DNA from: Candidatus Nitrosopumilus koreensis AR1
Lineage (GTDB): Archaea > Thermoproteota > Nitrososphaeria > Nitrososphaerales > Nitrosopumilaceae
NCBI RefSeq assembly: GCF_000299365.1
Contig: NC_018655.1
Span: 600,001 to 632,000 of the forward strand
Direction of reading: 5' to 3'
Length of the DNA stretch: 32,000 bases
The notes beneath the pieces were generated by a model, which saw only the letters and a program-made list of their open reading frames with translations, had not been told where the DNA came from and did not search any database. Positions 16,424-26,344 of the stretch are shown here, one piece after another. The position numbers and the translations under genes were made by a program. Positions within the stretch are counted from its first letter, which is position 1; every line of letters starts with the position of its first letter.

Positions 16424-18058
16424 CTATTTCATCTTCTTTCTTTTTTCTTCTGTTCTTTTTTCTGATTCAAATCTTTCCAAATCATATTCTTTCATATCTA
16501 CAAATTTCATGATCCTGCTTAATCTTGGGTGTACTTTGTTAATTTGTTTGAACATTTGCTGTGCCACTCTTCTATAATCGACATGTCCTTGTGGAACTGT
16601 TCTTAATTCAATCAGATGGCATGCCTCTCGTAAATTAAATTTCATAAAGTAAGGATAGTTGTATGCAAAGTTTACCACATATTGTCCTTGTTCTGGATAT
16701 CTTTTTCTAATTTTGTCAAATGTTTCTTTAGTTTTATTCATACAATCTTTAAAGTCCTTGTCAATTCCAAGAATTTTGATTTCATTGGGAATGTTGTATC
16801 CATGATCTGTTGTAAGTAATTGTCGTTCTAATGTTAATGCTCTGTGTCTGTGAAAATCTCTGAACATCCCAAAATTATTGTACAAATCAAATGTGTAATA
16901 GACACTTTCAAATGCTCGTGAAGGCCTGTGTCTTCTATTTGTTCGGAGTTTTGCAAATTCATCAATAATCTTTGTTTTATTTTTGATTGGCATTTTTTTT
17001 ACTTGCTGTAAAATATCATGATAAGAAGTACTTGGGGATTGCTCATACATTATACTTGTAATAATTTTATCAATTGCTGTTTTTTCTGATTCATAATCTA
17101 CTAGTTTTGTTCGGGTTCCTTTTTTTGGTCTTGGCTTGATTTCTTTAGATGTTGTTTTTGATTTGTTTTTTACATCTCGAAGATATTTTTGAAATGCTTT
17201 TCCATATTTGTCATCTGCTCTTCGAACAAACGATTTGATGGTTTTATCAAGTTCTTTTTTGATTTTTGAGGCTAAATCTTGTTCTTCTTTGAGATCAGAT
17301 GCACCTAAAACTGTAAGGAGATATTCAAATGCTCTTCCGTTACCTGTTATTCCAACATTTGTTAGGGTTGAAGCTGGCAGTAACCCTCTCAAAATATCTA
17401 ATGCTTTAGCTTTTGTTGAACCTCTGTAAATCATATTGGCAGATTTTATGTCGTTTTCATCTTTTAATTTGGAAAATGATTTCTCCTTTCCGTCTTTGGA
17501 ATCTTTAAAATTATATTTTTCAATTGGATATTTTTCTCTTACATAATTTATCATCGGTTCAATGTTTTTTGAATACACATCAAATGAAAAATTACATGTT
17601 TCTTCATACATGTCTGCAAATTTTGATTTCATAATTTCTGGGTCTCTGTAAAATCTGTATTTTCCATTTTCTTTTTTATTCCATGCAACATATCTTGATG
17701 ATTTTTCTAAATATGACAATCCGATTCGTCTATCTTCGATTTTTTTTACTGCAATGTTTGATAATCCTTCAATTGCAATTTGTGCTTCGCCAAGTTCTGC
17801 AACCGAATCGTCTCCGTATTCTAGCAGAACCCTGTTGTAAAATTCTTCACCTCTGTTTTTATTTTTTAGAAATTCATCCAGAAATATACGTCTCATGCTT
17901 TTGTCTGTTCTACTATATCTTGACATCAGAGCTCCACGATCAACTTGTTGCGGAGTAATTATTGCAAACACATTGCCGTCAGTGTTGGAAAAATGTTCTG
18001 ATAAAATCTTTTTTTCCTTAGTTGAAAATTCTGACAACACTGGTGTCCTGTTTTTCAA
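16424..18058 (-). CDS. thyX: Long-form ThyX-like (Thy1 domain) FAD-dependent thymidylate synthase-like protein
   Basis: The C-terminal half has [20 protein letters not shown] (ThyX RHR core). The N-terminal half has [10 protein letters not shown]. At 544 aa it is about twice canonical ThyX. TTG start. Confidence 0.7.
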   Translation of the reverse strand: MKNRTPVLSEFSTKEKKILSEHFSNTDGNVFAIITPQQVDRGALMSRYSRTDKSMRRIFLDEFLKNKNRGEEFYNRVLLEYGDDSVAELGEAQIAIEGLSNIAVKKIEDRRIGLSYLEKSSRYVAWNKKENGKYRFYRDPEIMKSKFADMYEETCNFSFDVYSKNIEPMINYVREKYPIEKYNFKDSKDGKEKSFSKLKDENDIKSANMIYRGSTKAKALDILRGLLPASTLTNVGITGNGRAFEYLLTVLGASDLKEEQDLASKIKKELDKTIKSFVRRADDKYGKAFQKYLRDVKNKSKTTSKEIKPRPKKGTRTKLVDYESEKTAIDKIITSIMYEQSPSTSYHDILQQVKKMPIKNKTKIIDEFAKLRTNRRHRPSRAFESVYYTFDLYNNFGMFRDFHRHRALTLERQLLTTDHGYNIPNEIKILGIDKDFKDCMNKTKETFDKIRKRYPEQGQYVVNFAYNYPYFMKFNLREACHLIELRTVPQGHVDYRRVAQQMFKQINKVHPRLSRIMKFVDMKEYDLERFESEKRTEEKRKKMK

Positions 18059-18069
18059 TTATTAATAGT

Positions 18070-18363
18070 CTATTTCTTTTTTCCAATTTGAATTAGATCG
18101 GGACCTTTGTCTTTGTCACCGTCTTGACCTTTAGCTTGCCATCTGAGCAAAACTTCTTTGAATGCAGCTGCATCAGCTTCATTTTCAGTATACATCAAAG
18201 TGGTTACCCAAAAACCATTGTTGGCAGTTTTACCACCAACTGAATTCATCCAAAAATTACTTGGTAGATTTTCCATGATTTTACTGTCTTTTTCCTTGGT
18301 GACTTCGACCCATCGATTTGATACAAAATTCAAAATCTGTTCAAGTTCTTCTTTTTGAATCAT
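18070..18363 (-). CDS. Hypothetical protein (97 aa), 11 nt upstream of the thyX-like gene
   Basis: ATG-initiated ORF co-oriented with the thyX-like gene. No recognisable motif. Confidence 0.6.
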   Translation of the reverse strand: MIQKEELEQILNFVSNRWVEVTKEKDSKIMENLPSNFWMNSVGGKTANNGFWVTTLMYTENEADAAAFKEVLLRWQAKGQDGDKDKGPDLIQIGKKK

Positions 18364-18496
18364 GAGTCTGTTATATGCCCTCTAAATTTTAAAATTACTA
18401 CAAAATACGTGATTTTGAGTTTGTGAAAATAATCTTACCAAAACAAAAAAGATTCCTTACCCTTTGTCGGTTATACAAATCCCTAAAGTTACTCAC

Positions 18497-19381
18497 ATGA
18501 CCCAAGACGATATCGAGATAATCGGTAAAAACGTCAAAGACATGTACGGAACATTCATGGGCAAAGTCGCAGGAACTATAACTGACATCGATGGTAGTAT
18601 TCAATCCGTCGGCATTGACTGCGGTTCTCAAGGATTACAGCAAATCCAATATGAGCAACTAGTAGTTCAAGGTGATGTTGTTATATTCATTCCAAAATGG
18701 AGACTCGACTCTCAAAGACTCATTAGAGAAAAACAACTAACTCTACGTCGTCTAAAGGCCTTGATTGACATTGTTTCAGAAAATGATGACATGAAAGAAG
18801 ATGCTGAAATAATTCATGAAAAATACAAGTCAAAACTTGTATCATTAGATGAAACAGAAAGTAAAATCAAAGCCAAACTTGAGGCAAGACTGACTGAGTT
18901 AGATGAACAAATGAAGTCTGCAAAAATGTTATTGTTTGATGCAAAAGTACAATTCAAGAGTAATGAAATCTCTGAAACAACATTTGAAACTGTGAAATCA
19001 TGCACAAATGAGGTAATTGAGCATGTGACTCACGAAACAGCAGAAATTACAAATGTTAAGAGCAGAATTTCAGACTTGGGATTGGAAGTGCAAGAGATAA
19101 CATCTCCTCCAAAACCAGACATCCAAGAATCAGCCGTTTCATATCTGGAGACAAATGAGCAACAATCACAACAAGTTGTTCAAACAAGTCTTCCGGAAGC
19201 ACCAACAGAACCCGTTACAACACCTTCAGAACACGTTGAAGTTGAGGCAACCCCTATACCTGAACCTCCAACAGAATCTGAAGTAACATTTGCATTTCCA
19301 GAACCACCCCAACAGGTGACAGCAGAAACTCCAAAAGACGACAACGATAATGATTGGCTTGCTAGAATGGAAGCACAATAA
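18497..19381 (+). CDS. cdvA: CdvA-like cell-division protein (PRC-barrel, coiled coil, P/E/T-rich linker, short conserved C-terminus)
   Basis: The N-terminus IIGKNVKDMYGTFMGKVAGTITDIDGSIQSVGID...QGDVVIFIPKW fits the CdvA PRC-barrel pattern. It is followed by a heptad-rich region and a terminal DWLARMEAQ. ATG 18497 is preferred to the tracked TTG 18464. Confidence 0.7.
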   Translation: MTQDDIEIIGKNVKDMYGTFMGKVAGTITDIDGSIQSVGIDCGSQGLQQIQYEQLVVQGDVVIFIPKWRLDSQRLIREKQLTLRRLKALIDIVSENDDMKEDAEIIHEKYKSKLVSLDETESKIKAKLEARLTELDEQMKSAKMLLFDAKVQFKSNEISETTFETVKSCTNEVIEHVTHETAEITNVKSRISDLGLEVQEITSPPKPDIQESAVSYLETNEQQSQQVVQTSLPEAPTEPVTTPSEHVEVEATPIPEPPTESEVTFAFPEPPQQVTAETPKDDNDNDWLARMEAQ

Positions 19382-19400
19382 TTTTTTTAATTATTTTTTT
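19382..19400 (+). terminator. Oligo-T tracts immediately after the cdvA stop (archaeal intrinsic terminator candidate)
   Basis: T7 (19382-19388) and T7 (19394-19400) directly follow the TAA. Confidence 0.35.
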
Positions 19401-19435
19401 AACATTTAGAAAGATCCTAGTCCATACATTTTCTA

Positions 19436-21352
19436 ATGTCTGATACCTATGATATTGGTCTTGGAAATCATGACGTTGAAACTAGAAAAAAGGCTTCTTC
19501 TAATTTTGTTTCTTTTTGGGATGAACAGGCAAAGAATCTGACCTGGTTTTCTCCTTGGAGTAAAACATTGGATTGGAACCCTCCTTTTGCAAAATGGTTT
19601 GTTGGAGGCACGATTAATGCCTCGTATAATGCTCTGGATGTACATCAGGAATCAAAATCTCAAAAACCTGCGATACTTTGGGAGGGAGAAAATGGGGATT
19701 CTAGGATTCTTACATACAGTGAGCTGTTATCTCAGGTTCAAAAATTTGCAAATGTACTCAAATCTTTAGGGGTGCAAAAAGGCGATCGTGTAACTCTGTA
19801 TCTTCCAATGATTCCTGAATTACCTATCGCAATGTTAGCTTGTGCTAGAATTGGGGCGCCTCACACTGTTATCTTTTCAGGATTTAGTGCAACTTCTATT
19901 AGGGACAGAGTCGATGATTCAAAATCCAAAATTATAATCACTGCAGATGGGGGATATAGACGTGGAAAAATTGTGCCTCTCAAAGAAGTAGTTGATGAGG
20001 CAATACAAGATTTTGATTTTGTGAAAAATGTTGTAGTTGTACAAAGAACAAAAAATGAAATTTTGATGACACCTAAAGACAAACTGTGGAATGAATTGAT
20101 GGATGATGCATCAGAAAGTTGTATTCCTGAAAAGCTAGACAGCACACATCCTCTTTACATTTTGTATACTTCGGGAACCACTGGAAAACCAAAAGGTGTT
20201 TTGCATGGAACAGGCGGGTATCTTACTCATCTTTATTCCACTTTCAAGTGGGCATTTGACATTAAAGACTATGATGTGTTTTTTTGCACTGCTGACATTG
20301 GATGGGTTACAGGACACAGTTATGTTGTTTATGCACCGTTATTGCATGGTGCAACTGAAATTATGTATGAAGGTGCACCTGATTTTCCAGATGCATCTAG
20401 GATGTGGGATATCTTGCAAAAATACAAAGCAACTATCTTTTACACAACACCTACCGCACTCAGAATGTTTATGAAATTTGGAGATGATATTCCAAATTCA
20501 TTTGATCTTTCTTCTCTGAGATTACTTGGAACAGTGGGCGAGCCAATTAATCCTGAAGTTTGGAAATGGTACTTCAAAACTATTGGTAAAGAAAAATGTC
20601 CAATCATTGATACTTGGTGGCAGACTGAAACTGGCGGGATGTTGATTTCTCCTTTGCCTGGGCTGGAGACTATTCCTCTAAAGCCTGGTTCTGGAACTCT
20701 TCCTATTCCAGGTGTGAATATCTCTGTTGTAGATGAAAATGGCAAAGATGTTGCCTCTAACACAAAGGGCTATCTTGTAGTCAAAAATCCGTGGCCTGGA
20801 ATGCTTTTGACATTGTGGGGTAATGATGAAAAATACAAAACTGTGTACTGGTCAAAATATGAAAATTGTTACTATCCTGGTGATTATGCACTAAAGGATT
20901 CTGATGGATATCTCTGGTTGCTTGGACGAGCTGATGATGTGCTCAAAGTAGCGGGTCATAGAATTGGCACTGCAGAACTTGAAAGTTGTATTGTGTCTCA
21001 TGAGGATGTTGCAGAATCTGCTGTATGCGGTATTCCTGATGAGGTTAAAGGTGAAGTAATAATTGCATTTGTTGTACTTAAACAAAATGTCACTACCGAT
21101 AGAAAAATTTTAGAAAAAAAATTGATAGAAAAAATCAGAGCTGATATTGGTGCAATTGCAACCCCTAAGCAAATCTATTTTGTAACCAAATTGCCAAAGA
21201 CGCGTAGTGGAAAAATTATGAGACGGCTGTTAAAAGCAATTGGAAATAATGAAAAGATTGGTGATATCAGCACATTGGAAGACGGTGCTGCTGTGACTGA
21301 AGTACAAACTGCTTTTGATGAGATTCAAAAAACAATTCAAGAATCAAAATAA
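19436..21352 (+). CDS. acs: Acetyl-CoA synthetase (AMP-forming acyl-CoA ligase)
   Basis: [15 protein letters not shown]-binding motif, WWQTETGG, and the C-terminal [11 protein letters not shown] lysine motif, 638 aa. Confidence 0.95.
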   Translation: MSDTYDIGLGNHDVETRKKASSNFVSFWDEQAKNLTWFSPWSKTLDWNPPFAKWFVGGTINASYNALDVHQESKSQKPAILWEGENGDSRILTYSELLSQVQKFANVLKSLGVQKGDRVTLYLPMIPELPIAMLACARIGAPHTVIFSGFSATSIRDRVDDSKSKIIITADGGYRRGKIVPLKEVVDEAIQDFDFVKNVVVVQRTKNEILMTPKDKLWNELMDDASESCIPEKLDSTHPLYILYTSGTTGKPKGVLHGTGGYLTHLYSTFKWAFDIKDYDVFFCTADIGWVTGHSYVVYAPLLHGATEIMYEGAPDFPDASRMWDILQKYKATIFYTTPTALRMFMKFGDDIPNSFDLSSLRLLGTVGEPINPEVWKWYFKTIGKEKCPIIDTWWQTETGGMLISPLPGLETIPLKPGSGTLPIPGVNISVVDENGKDVASNTKGYLVVKNPWPGMLLTLWGNDEKYKTVYWSKYENCYYPGDYALKDSDGYLWLLGRADDVLKVAGHRIGTAELESCIVSHEDVAESAVCGIPDEVKGEVIIAFVVLKQNVTTDRKILEKKLIEKIRADIGAIATPKQIYFVTKLPKTRSGKIMRRLLKAIGNNEKIGDISTLEDGAAVTEVQTAFDEIQKTIQESK

Positions 21353-21355
21353 CTG

Positions 21356-21880
21356 TTAAAGTTTTTTCAAATTAACAGTAGATAGAATTTCAAACATCTC
21401 TTTTAATCCATCATACTCTGATTTTGATTCTTCATCTAACCTGTTGTATTCTTTTTCTTTAATCTCGTCTAGTTTGTCATTTGCATCTTTGAAAAATTTC
21501 TCATACTCTACAATGTTTTCATCTGTCATTTGTGTCAGATCAAAAATCACTGTATTGCTGCCAAGGAGATTCTTGTTTTCATCATATAAGCTGGTTGCCT
21601 GTAACAGTCCTGGAAATGTGCTGCCATCTTGTCTCTTGAATGTAATTTTTCTATCTGTGACTGTTCCTGTCTCAAACCATGTTCTTAGAGAATTATTCAT
21701 TGCCTCCCACTCTTCTTTAGGTACGTGCTCAAAGATTGTTTTACCTAAAACCTCTGATTTTGCGTAACCCAGATTTGCAGCATACGTTGAGTTACAGTCC
21801 AATATTACACCAATAGAGTTGATTCTTCTCCACATAACTGGTGCGTCTTTGAGAACCTTTCTTGCTTCTGTTTGAGGCAT
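21356..21880 (-). CDS. Stand-alone PAS-domain protein with C-terminal helical tail
   Basis: PAS-like core GVILDCNSTYAANLGYAKSEVLGKTIFEHVP...ITFKRQDGSTFPGLLQATSLYDEN. Confidence 0.8.
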   Translation of the reverse strand: MPQTEARKVLKDAPVMWRRINSIGVILDCNSTYAANLGYAKSEVLGKTIFEHVPKEEWEAMNNSLRTWFETGTVTDRKITFKRQDGSTFPGLLQATSLYDENKNLLGSNTVIFDLTQMTDENIVEYEKFFKDANDKLDEIKEKEYNRLDEESKSEYDGLKEMFEILSTVNLKKL

Positions 21881-21921
21881 TTTTTAAAATTGTATTCACT
21901 AGTTATTAAACTGAAATCTTG

Positions 21922-22944
21922 TTAAAACCACTGATCTAGATTTTGGCTTTTTCTCTCTAGTGCTTTTTTTAATCTGTTTAATGTTGAACTAACTCTGTCT
22001 TCAGAAAAACTACGTTCCTTTACAAGGTAGTCTGTTATGCCTTTGTAATCTACATCTTTGAAAATAATTTCTTTTACATCTGCAACTTCGGGATTCAAAA
22101 ATATTTTTCTGATTTGCTGAAAATCAATTTCTTGTAATTGCTCTTGAATTTGTGGTATGTCTTCCAATCTCGAATGTTGTTTGATCATCTTGAGTGCAGT
22201 CTTTGGGCCTATTCTTTCAAAACCATTTGGATTAAAATCAGTTCCAATTAGAATTCCAACATCGATGAGTTCTTCTCGTGTTAGTTCCAATGAATCCAAT
22301 GTTTTTTGTGTTTCAATAATTTCTGGAACAATATCGATGTATGTGTTTTTGTTTGGTATTTTTCGTCTTCCACTATTTGTAAAATTTCTAACTAGTCTTT
22401 TTGCACCACACAAAATTGAATCAAAATCCTGACTTGCAGATGCATATGCTTGTCCTGTGTTTGTTAGATGTGCTGCAGTAGCTTCTCCCTCAGATGGGGC
22501 TTCAATGTATGGTATGCCAAAACAGGCTAAGAGATGTTTTGATTCTTTGACCATGCCATCCTTCATGCTTGTTGTTTGCTGAGCATATTTTCTTGCATCT
22601 TCCATGTTTCCATCTGCAATGGCTTTTTCGTATTTTATTGTGGCATCCATTTTGATTTGTTTTCTACGCTCAATTTCTGCAGTTTTTAGAGATGGTGGCT
22701 TTCCATCAAAGACATACACTGGTTTTATTCCTAATGATAGAAAATTTACATTTCTATAAAGCAGTCCACTAAGGTGACTGGTTATTCTGCCTTCTGCATC
22801 TGATAATTGTAATCCGTCTGGGCCTCTGATACTTGCTAAGAATTGGTAAATTGCATTGTATGCATCAATTGCAATCACTTTATTTGAAAATGACTCTAAT
22901 GTTGTTTTTTCTCTGACCACCAAATCTTTTAGATTTAATCCCAT
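21922..22944 (-). CDS. fen: Flap endonuclease 1
   Basis: MGLNLKDLV...[14 protein letters not shown]-domain, an I-domain with [14 protein letters not shown]3TH, and a C-terminal PIP-like QNLDQWF. Confidence 0.97.
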   Translation of the reverse strand: MGLNLKDLVVREKTTLESFSNKVIAIDAYNAIYQFLASIRGPDGLQLSDAEGRITSHLSGLLYRNVNFLSLGIKPVYVFDGKPPSLKTAEIERRKQIKMDATIKYEKAIADGNMEDARKYAQQTTSMKDGMVKESKHLLACFGIPYIEAPSEGEATAAHLTNTGQAYASASQDFDSILCGAKRLVRNFTNSGRRKIPNKNTYIDIVPEIIETQKTLDSLELTREELIDVGILIGTDFNPNGFERIGPKTALKMIKQHSRLEDIPQIQEQLQEIDFQQIRKIFLNPEVADVKEIIFKDVDYKGITDYLVKERSFSEDRVSSTLNRLKKALERKSQNLDQWF

Positions 22945-23045
22945 GAATTTTGTTGAGATTTTGTGCTATTTTGTGTTTATCCTTTTTTGTTGATCGGTAT
23001 TTTTGGTAAAATCGATTTTAATATTGATGTCTTTTCTAATTTATT

Positions 23046-23309
23046 ATGGTAAAACTAGTACTTCCTCCTCATCTCCAAGACAAAATATTTGAAATAAAGT
23101 ACGTTGATGATGGCGTCTCAAAGATAACCTCGTATTTTCCTTTAACTTCATCTGAAAAACAAGAGATTATATCAATTATGAATATGGATTTTTCTGGATT
23201 TCATTCTATTTTTACTGACACTGTTTCTGAGGAAGAATGGAATCAAACTAAAGAACAAATCAAAAAAAGATTCAACGATGAACTTTTTGACATTGATAAA
23301 AAACTCTAG
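23046..23309 (+). CDS. Hypothetical protein (87 aa)
   Basis: ATG-initiated ORF with no recognisable motif. Confidence 0.5.
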   Translation: MVKLVLPPHLQDKIFEIKYVDDGVSKITSYFPLTSSEKQEIISIMNMDFSGFHSIFTDTVSEEEWNQTKEQIKKRFNDELFDIDKKL

Positions 23310-23320
23310 TTCTGATTTGC

Positions 23321-23328
23321 TTTATTAT
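23321..23328 (+). promoter_or_regulatory. TATA-box candidate for tRNA-Ser
   Basis: TTTATTAT lies 22-29 nt upstream of the mature tRNA 5' end, the typical archaeal spacing. Confidence 0.35.
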
Positions 23329-23349
23329 GGAGAAAATCTGAGATCTTTT

Positions 23350-23431
23350 GCCGGGATAGCCAAGTGGTAAGGCGGCCGTCTCGAAAACGGCTACGCGCAA
23401 GCGTGCAGGGGTTCGAATCCCTTTCCCGGCG
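23350..23431 (+). tRNA. tRNA-Ser (anticodon CGA), type II with long variable arm, no encoded CCA
   Basis: Acceptor GCCGGGA/TCCCGGC with discriminator G. Anticodon stem GCCGT/ACGGC with loop CTCGAAA. Variable-arm hairpin ACGC-GCAA-GCGT. T-loop TTCGAAT. Confidence 0.95.
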
Positions 23432-23469
23432 TGTTCATAATTATTAAGACCCATCAAGAGATAATCCAT

Positions 23470-23655
23470 ATGGTCAAAGGAATTGAATCAAAAATTCAGC
23501 AATCAGAAATTTCAACTGCAGAACTAATTCTGCATTTCCGTGAAAAATGTAAAATCTGCGGTCATCATAGAATCATGCATGATGCAGAAGGAAAATGTGA
23601 GGGTGTAATGAACAAACCATGTACTTCTGGTTGTGACAAATTTGAAGCAGAATAA
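23470..23655 (+). CDS. Small Cys/His-rich metal-binding protein (61 aa)
   Basis: CKICGHHRIMHDAEGKCEGVMNKPCTSGCDKF. ATG 23470 is chosen because the tracked GTG 23431 overlaps the tRNA. Confidence 0.5.
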   Translation: MVKGIESKIQQSEISTAELILHFREKCKICGHHRIMHDAEGKCEGVMNKPCTSGCDKFEAE

Positions 23656-23678
23656 CTTCAAATTCTTTAATACTAATT

Positions 23679-24341
23679 TTGTTTACTTGTTTTGTGCCAC
23701 CAGACATCAAAGAAGAAAAAACATATCCTTTGGGTTATGAACCAGAAATTGTTCCAGAATCATCTGATCCTAATGTGAGAAATCAATTAATTGATTTTAT
23801 TTTAAAATCCGGTCCTACTGAGGTTGTTGATACTGACTTGTTTGCTGTAATGGCAAAGAGGCGTTCTACAAGAAAATTTTTGGACAAACCAGTTGAGACA
23901 ACAAAAATTGATAAAATTATTGCAGCAGCTGATACTGCCCCTACTGCAGGCAACTATCAAGGATTTGAAATTTTTTACGTAAAAGGTCCTGAGAAGAAAA
24001 AACAATTAGTTGAAGCATGTAATAATCAACCTTATGTTGATGCCCCTGTAGTTTTGGTTTTTTGCAAGAACCCTTCTAGGGTAAAATTTGATTTTCCTGA
24101 ATATGTTCTAAAGAAATTTGCCATTCAAGATGCAACGTTGGCTGCTGGATATTCACAATTAGCTGCGCAAGCTTTAGGGTTGAGTTCTATTTGGATTGGC
24201 ATGTTTGATGAACAAAAAGTAATGGATGTTATTGGCACTGACTTGGTACCATCATCTGTATTGTGTATCGGGTATCCAAAACAAACTAAATTTCCAAAAC
24301 CCAGACGAAATCTCAAAGACTTGGTTCATGTTGCATGGTAA
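23679..24341 (+). CDS. Nitroreductase-family flavoprotein
   Basis: RRSTRKF signature and a later P-x-TAGN-like APTAGNYQ. Start is uncertain (TTG 23679, GTG, or ATG 23850). Confidence 0.85.
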   Translation: MFTCFVPPDIKEEKTYPLGYEPEIVPESSDPNVRNQLIDFILKSGPTEVVDTDLFAVMAKRRSTRKFLDKPVETTKIDKIIAAADTAPTAGNYQGFEIFYVKGPEKKKQLVEACNNQPYVDAPVVLVFCKNPSRVKFDFPEYVLKKFAIQDATLAAGYSQLAAQALGLSSIWIGMFDEQKVMDVIGTDLVPSSVLCIGYPKQTKFPKPRRNLKDLVHVAW

Positions 24342-24393
24342 GCTGTCCCTAAAATCATCCATCTTTAAATAATCAAAAATATTTGTTAGATTC

Positions 24394-24627
24394 ATGACTG
24401 ATGCCTATGTTATGTTAAATTGTGAGTTGGGTGCAGAGGCTGAAATTATTGAAAAACTCAAAGAGATTGAACAAGTCGTAGATGTCTTTGAAACTATTGG
24501 AACTCATGATATGCTAGTTAGATTGCAGGCAGAAAATTTTGAGAAGATCCGAGAGATTGTTTCATGGAATATCCAAAAATTGGATAAGGTTCGATCTACT
24601 GCCACACTCATAAAAAAGGATAATTAA
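24394..24627 (+). CDS. Stand-alone Lrp/AsnC ligand-binding (RAM) domain protein
   Basis: 77 aa. The AYVMLNCELGAEAEIIEKLKEIEQVVDVFETIGTHDMLVRL pattern is typical of the AsnC C-terminal domain. No HTH. Confidence 0.7.
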   Translation: MTDAYVMLNCELGAEAEIIEKLKEIEQVVDVFETIGTHDMLVRLQAENFEKIREIVSWNIQKLDKVRSTATLIKKDN

Positions 24628-24647
24628 GATTAATTTTATCTTAATTT

Positions 24648-24824
24648 ATGCCTGATGAAAAAAATGAGATAGACAAACTCATTGATAATATGATTTCCAG
24701 TGGTGATGAATTAGTAGATAATCTAAAAACAGTCTTGCCAAATTCTCTTGCAGAATCAATGGTGATGTTTCATGAATCAAATGTCAAAAACCTGAAAAAA
24801 ATTAAAGAGTTTCTCAACAAATAG
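24648..24824 (+). CDS. 58-aa helical small ORF (not in ORF track)
   Basis: Hand translation gives MPDEKNEIDKLIDNMISSGDELVDNLKTVLPNSLAESMVMFHESNVKNLKKIKEFLNK. It fills an otherwise empty 244-nt spacer. Confidence 0.3.
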   Translation: MPDEKNEIDKLIDNMISSGDELVDNLKTVLPNSLAESMVMFHESNVKNLKKIKEFLNK

Positions 24825-24871
24825 CCTTAAACATAATCATATCATTACTACTATATCCTTTTTAATTATTA

Positions 24872-25264
24872 ATGGAATCTGAAGACGTGTCAAGATCTAG
24901 AACTCTTAGCATAACAGTGAAGAAAAAAACCGGTGATGCATTTGATACAATCTTGCAAATTCCACCTAAAATGATGCCTGATGCAAAAATTAATGATAAC
25001 GGATGGTGGTCCTTCACTGGCCCTCGTGGACAATCAAAACTAAAATTCAGTGAAAACAAATCCCTTGGAATTTTAGATCATAAATTTGTCGACAAAGAAG
25101 CAGTATGGGATGTTCCTATGAGGATTGTCTCTAGTGGTGATTTCTCTGAAATTTTGATTACTCTTAACAAACCCGATGAATTGACTGATGAGCAATTCAA
25201 CCAAAGAGTAGATGAGGTAGGGGAAATGTTTGACCGTATGAAACAAATCATCGAGTCTTCCTAA
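24872..25264 (+). CDS. Hypothetical protein, possibly SRPBCC/START-like fold
   Basis: 130-aa ORF. The fold guess rests only on size and a beta-rich pattern with a C-terminal helix. Confidence 0.5.
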   Translation: MESEDVSRSRTLSITVKKKTGDAFDTILQIPPKMMPDAKINDNGWWSFTGPRGQSKLKFSENKSLGILDHKFVDKEAVWDVPMRIVSSGDFSEILITLNKPDELTDEQFNQRVDEVGEMFDRMKQIIESS

Positions 25265-25415
25265 CTGAGCCCAGAAAGTACAAATCATCCCTTAAGCTTA
25301 AATGTAAATTTGGTAATTCTATATTGATAAAAATGCCATATGAAGAAGTCTATTTTCAAAGATTGGAAGAAGATAATCCTGAAGACTATGAGAAGGTAAA
25401 ATCTAAAAAAAATTC

Positions 25416-25757
25416 TTAATCCTGTTTTCCGTCTGAATCTTTATTCTGTGTGTTTCCTGGCCCAACAATGTCTTCTGGTTTTACTTTGCTGTCCCAGTCT
25501 CCTCTTACACCTTTGATCAAAGCAATCCCTCCTGATACAAGTAATCCCATCACTAATGCAAAGAACACTGTTTGGTCCATTATCTTAAATGAACAATTGA
25601 TTTCCTGTGGTGGTTTATCTTCAAAATATTCGTAACACGTACCAAATTCATTTGATTCAAAGGTTGCAGCTTGGTACTGACTTCCCATTACTCCCAAAAC
25701 AAGAAATCCTGCAAAAGTAAGGCCTATTCCAATGAGAATAAAGCGCATATCGCTCAT
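25416..25757 (-). CDS. Two-TM membrane protein with Cys-containing loop
   Basis: Hydrophobic segments FILIGIGLTFAGFLVLGVMG and VFFALVMGLLVSGGIALI. Confidence 0.65.
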   Translation of the reverse strand: MSDMRFILIGIGLTFAGFLVLGVMGSQYQAATFESNEFGTCYEYFEDKPPQEINCSFKIMDQTVFFALVMGLLVSGGIALIKGVRGDWDSKVKPEDIVGPGNTQNKDSDGKQD

Positions 25758-25810
25758 GATTTTTTTTACTGTTCACAGTATTTACATTTTAACCTGAAAA
25801 TTCTCTAGTG

Positions 25811-26284
25811 TTATTTTTGTAATAATGATTTGAGATTTTCAAGTGATGCCTCATAAAATGATCCCATAAATGCGAGAAACTCTGTGAATTGTTTTTCAGA
25901 CATTTTTTTACTGTTGATATATGACTGCCATGTCAACTCTACAAGATTTTTTGACTTTGGTTTAATTGATATTGTTGCAACATACGCTCTTAATGGTAAT
26001 CCATCTGTTGCAACATATGTGAAATATTCTCCAGTTTTCCATGCAACTATGTGTTCTTCAATTTGATTCCCGTCTGCAAATGTGATTAATCTAACTGCTC
26101 CCACATCCTTTTTCTTTTTAGAAAGGTACACTGTTTTCTTTACATCTACTACCCATGTAGGGAGGCCCGCAATATTGCTAATTTTTCTCCAGACTTTGTC
26201 TTTTGATGCTTTAATCTTTATTGTTTTTTTACGGTGCCTGTGTGAAATGATTTTTTTGAAGTTTTTGCCATGTGACTCCTTCAA
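25811..26284 (-). CDS. SRPBCC-superfamily (polyketide cyclase/Bet v1-like) protein
   Basis: IKASKDKVWRKISNIAGLPTWV start-of-fold pattern and a long C-terminal helix. Confidence 0.65.
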   Translation of the reverse strand: MKESHGKNFKKIISHRHRKKTIKIKASKDKVWRKISNIAGLPTWVVDVKKTVYLSKKKKDVGAVRLITFADGNQIEEHIVAWKTGEYFTYVATDGLPLRAYVATISIKPKSKNLVELTWQSYINSKKMSEKQFTEFLAFMGSFYEASLENLKSLLQK

Positions 26285-26344
26285 ATATTGTGAGTTTTAA
26301 ATTTTGTACAACCATTTTTAATCCCCCTGAGTAAATATTATCAA

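Noticed and set aside
23272-23469. 65-aa - strand ORF.
   Set aside because: It lies entirely across tRNA-Ser(CGA) on the opposite strand, so it is a shadow ORF.
25333-25419. 28-aa acidic ORF (MPYEEVYFQRLEEDNPEDYEKVKSKKNS) in the 25265-25415 spacer.
   Set aside because: It is too short, it would overlap the convergent membrane-protein gene's 3' end, and no supporting signal is visible.
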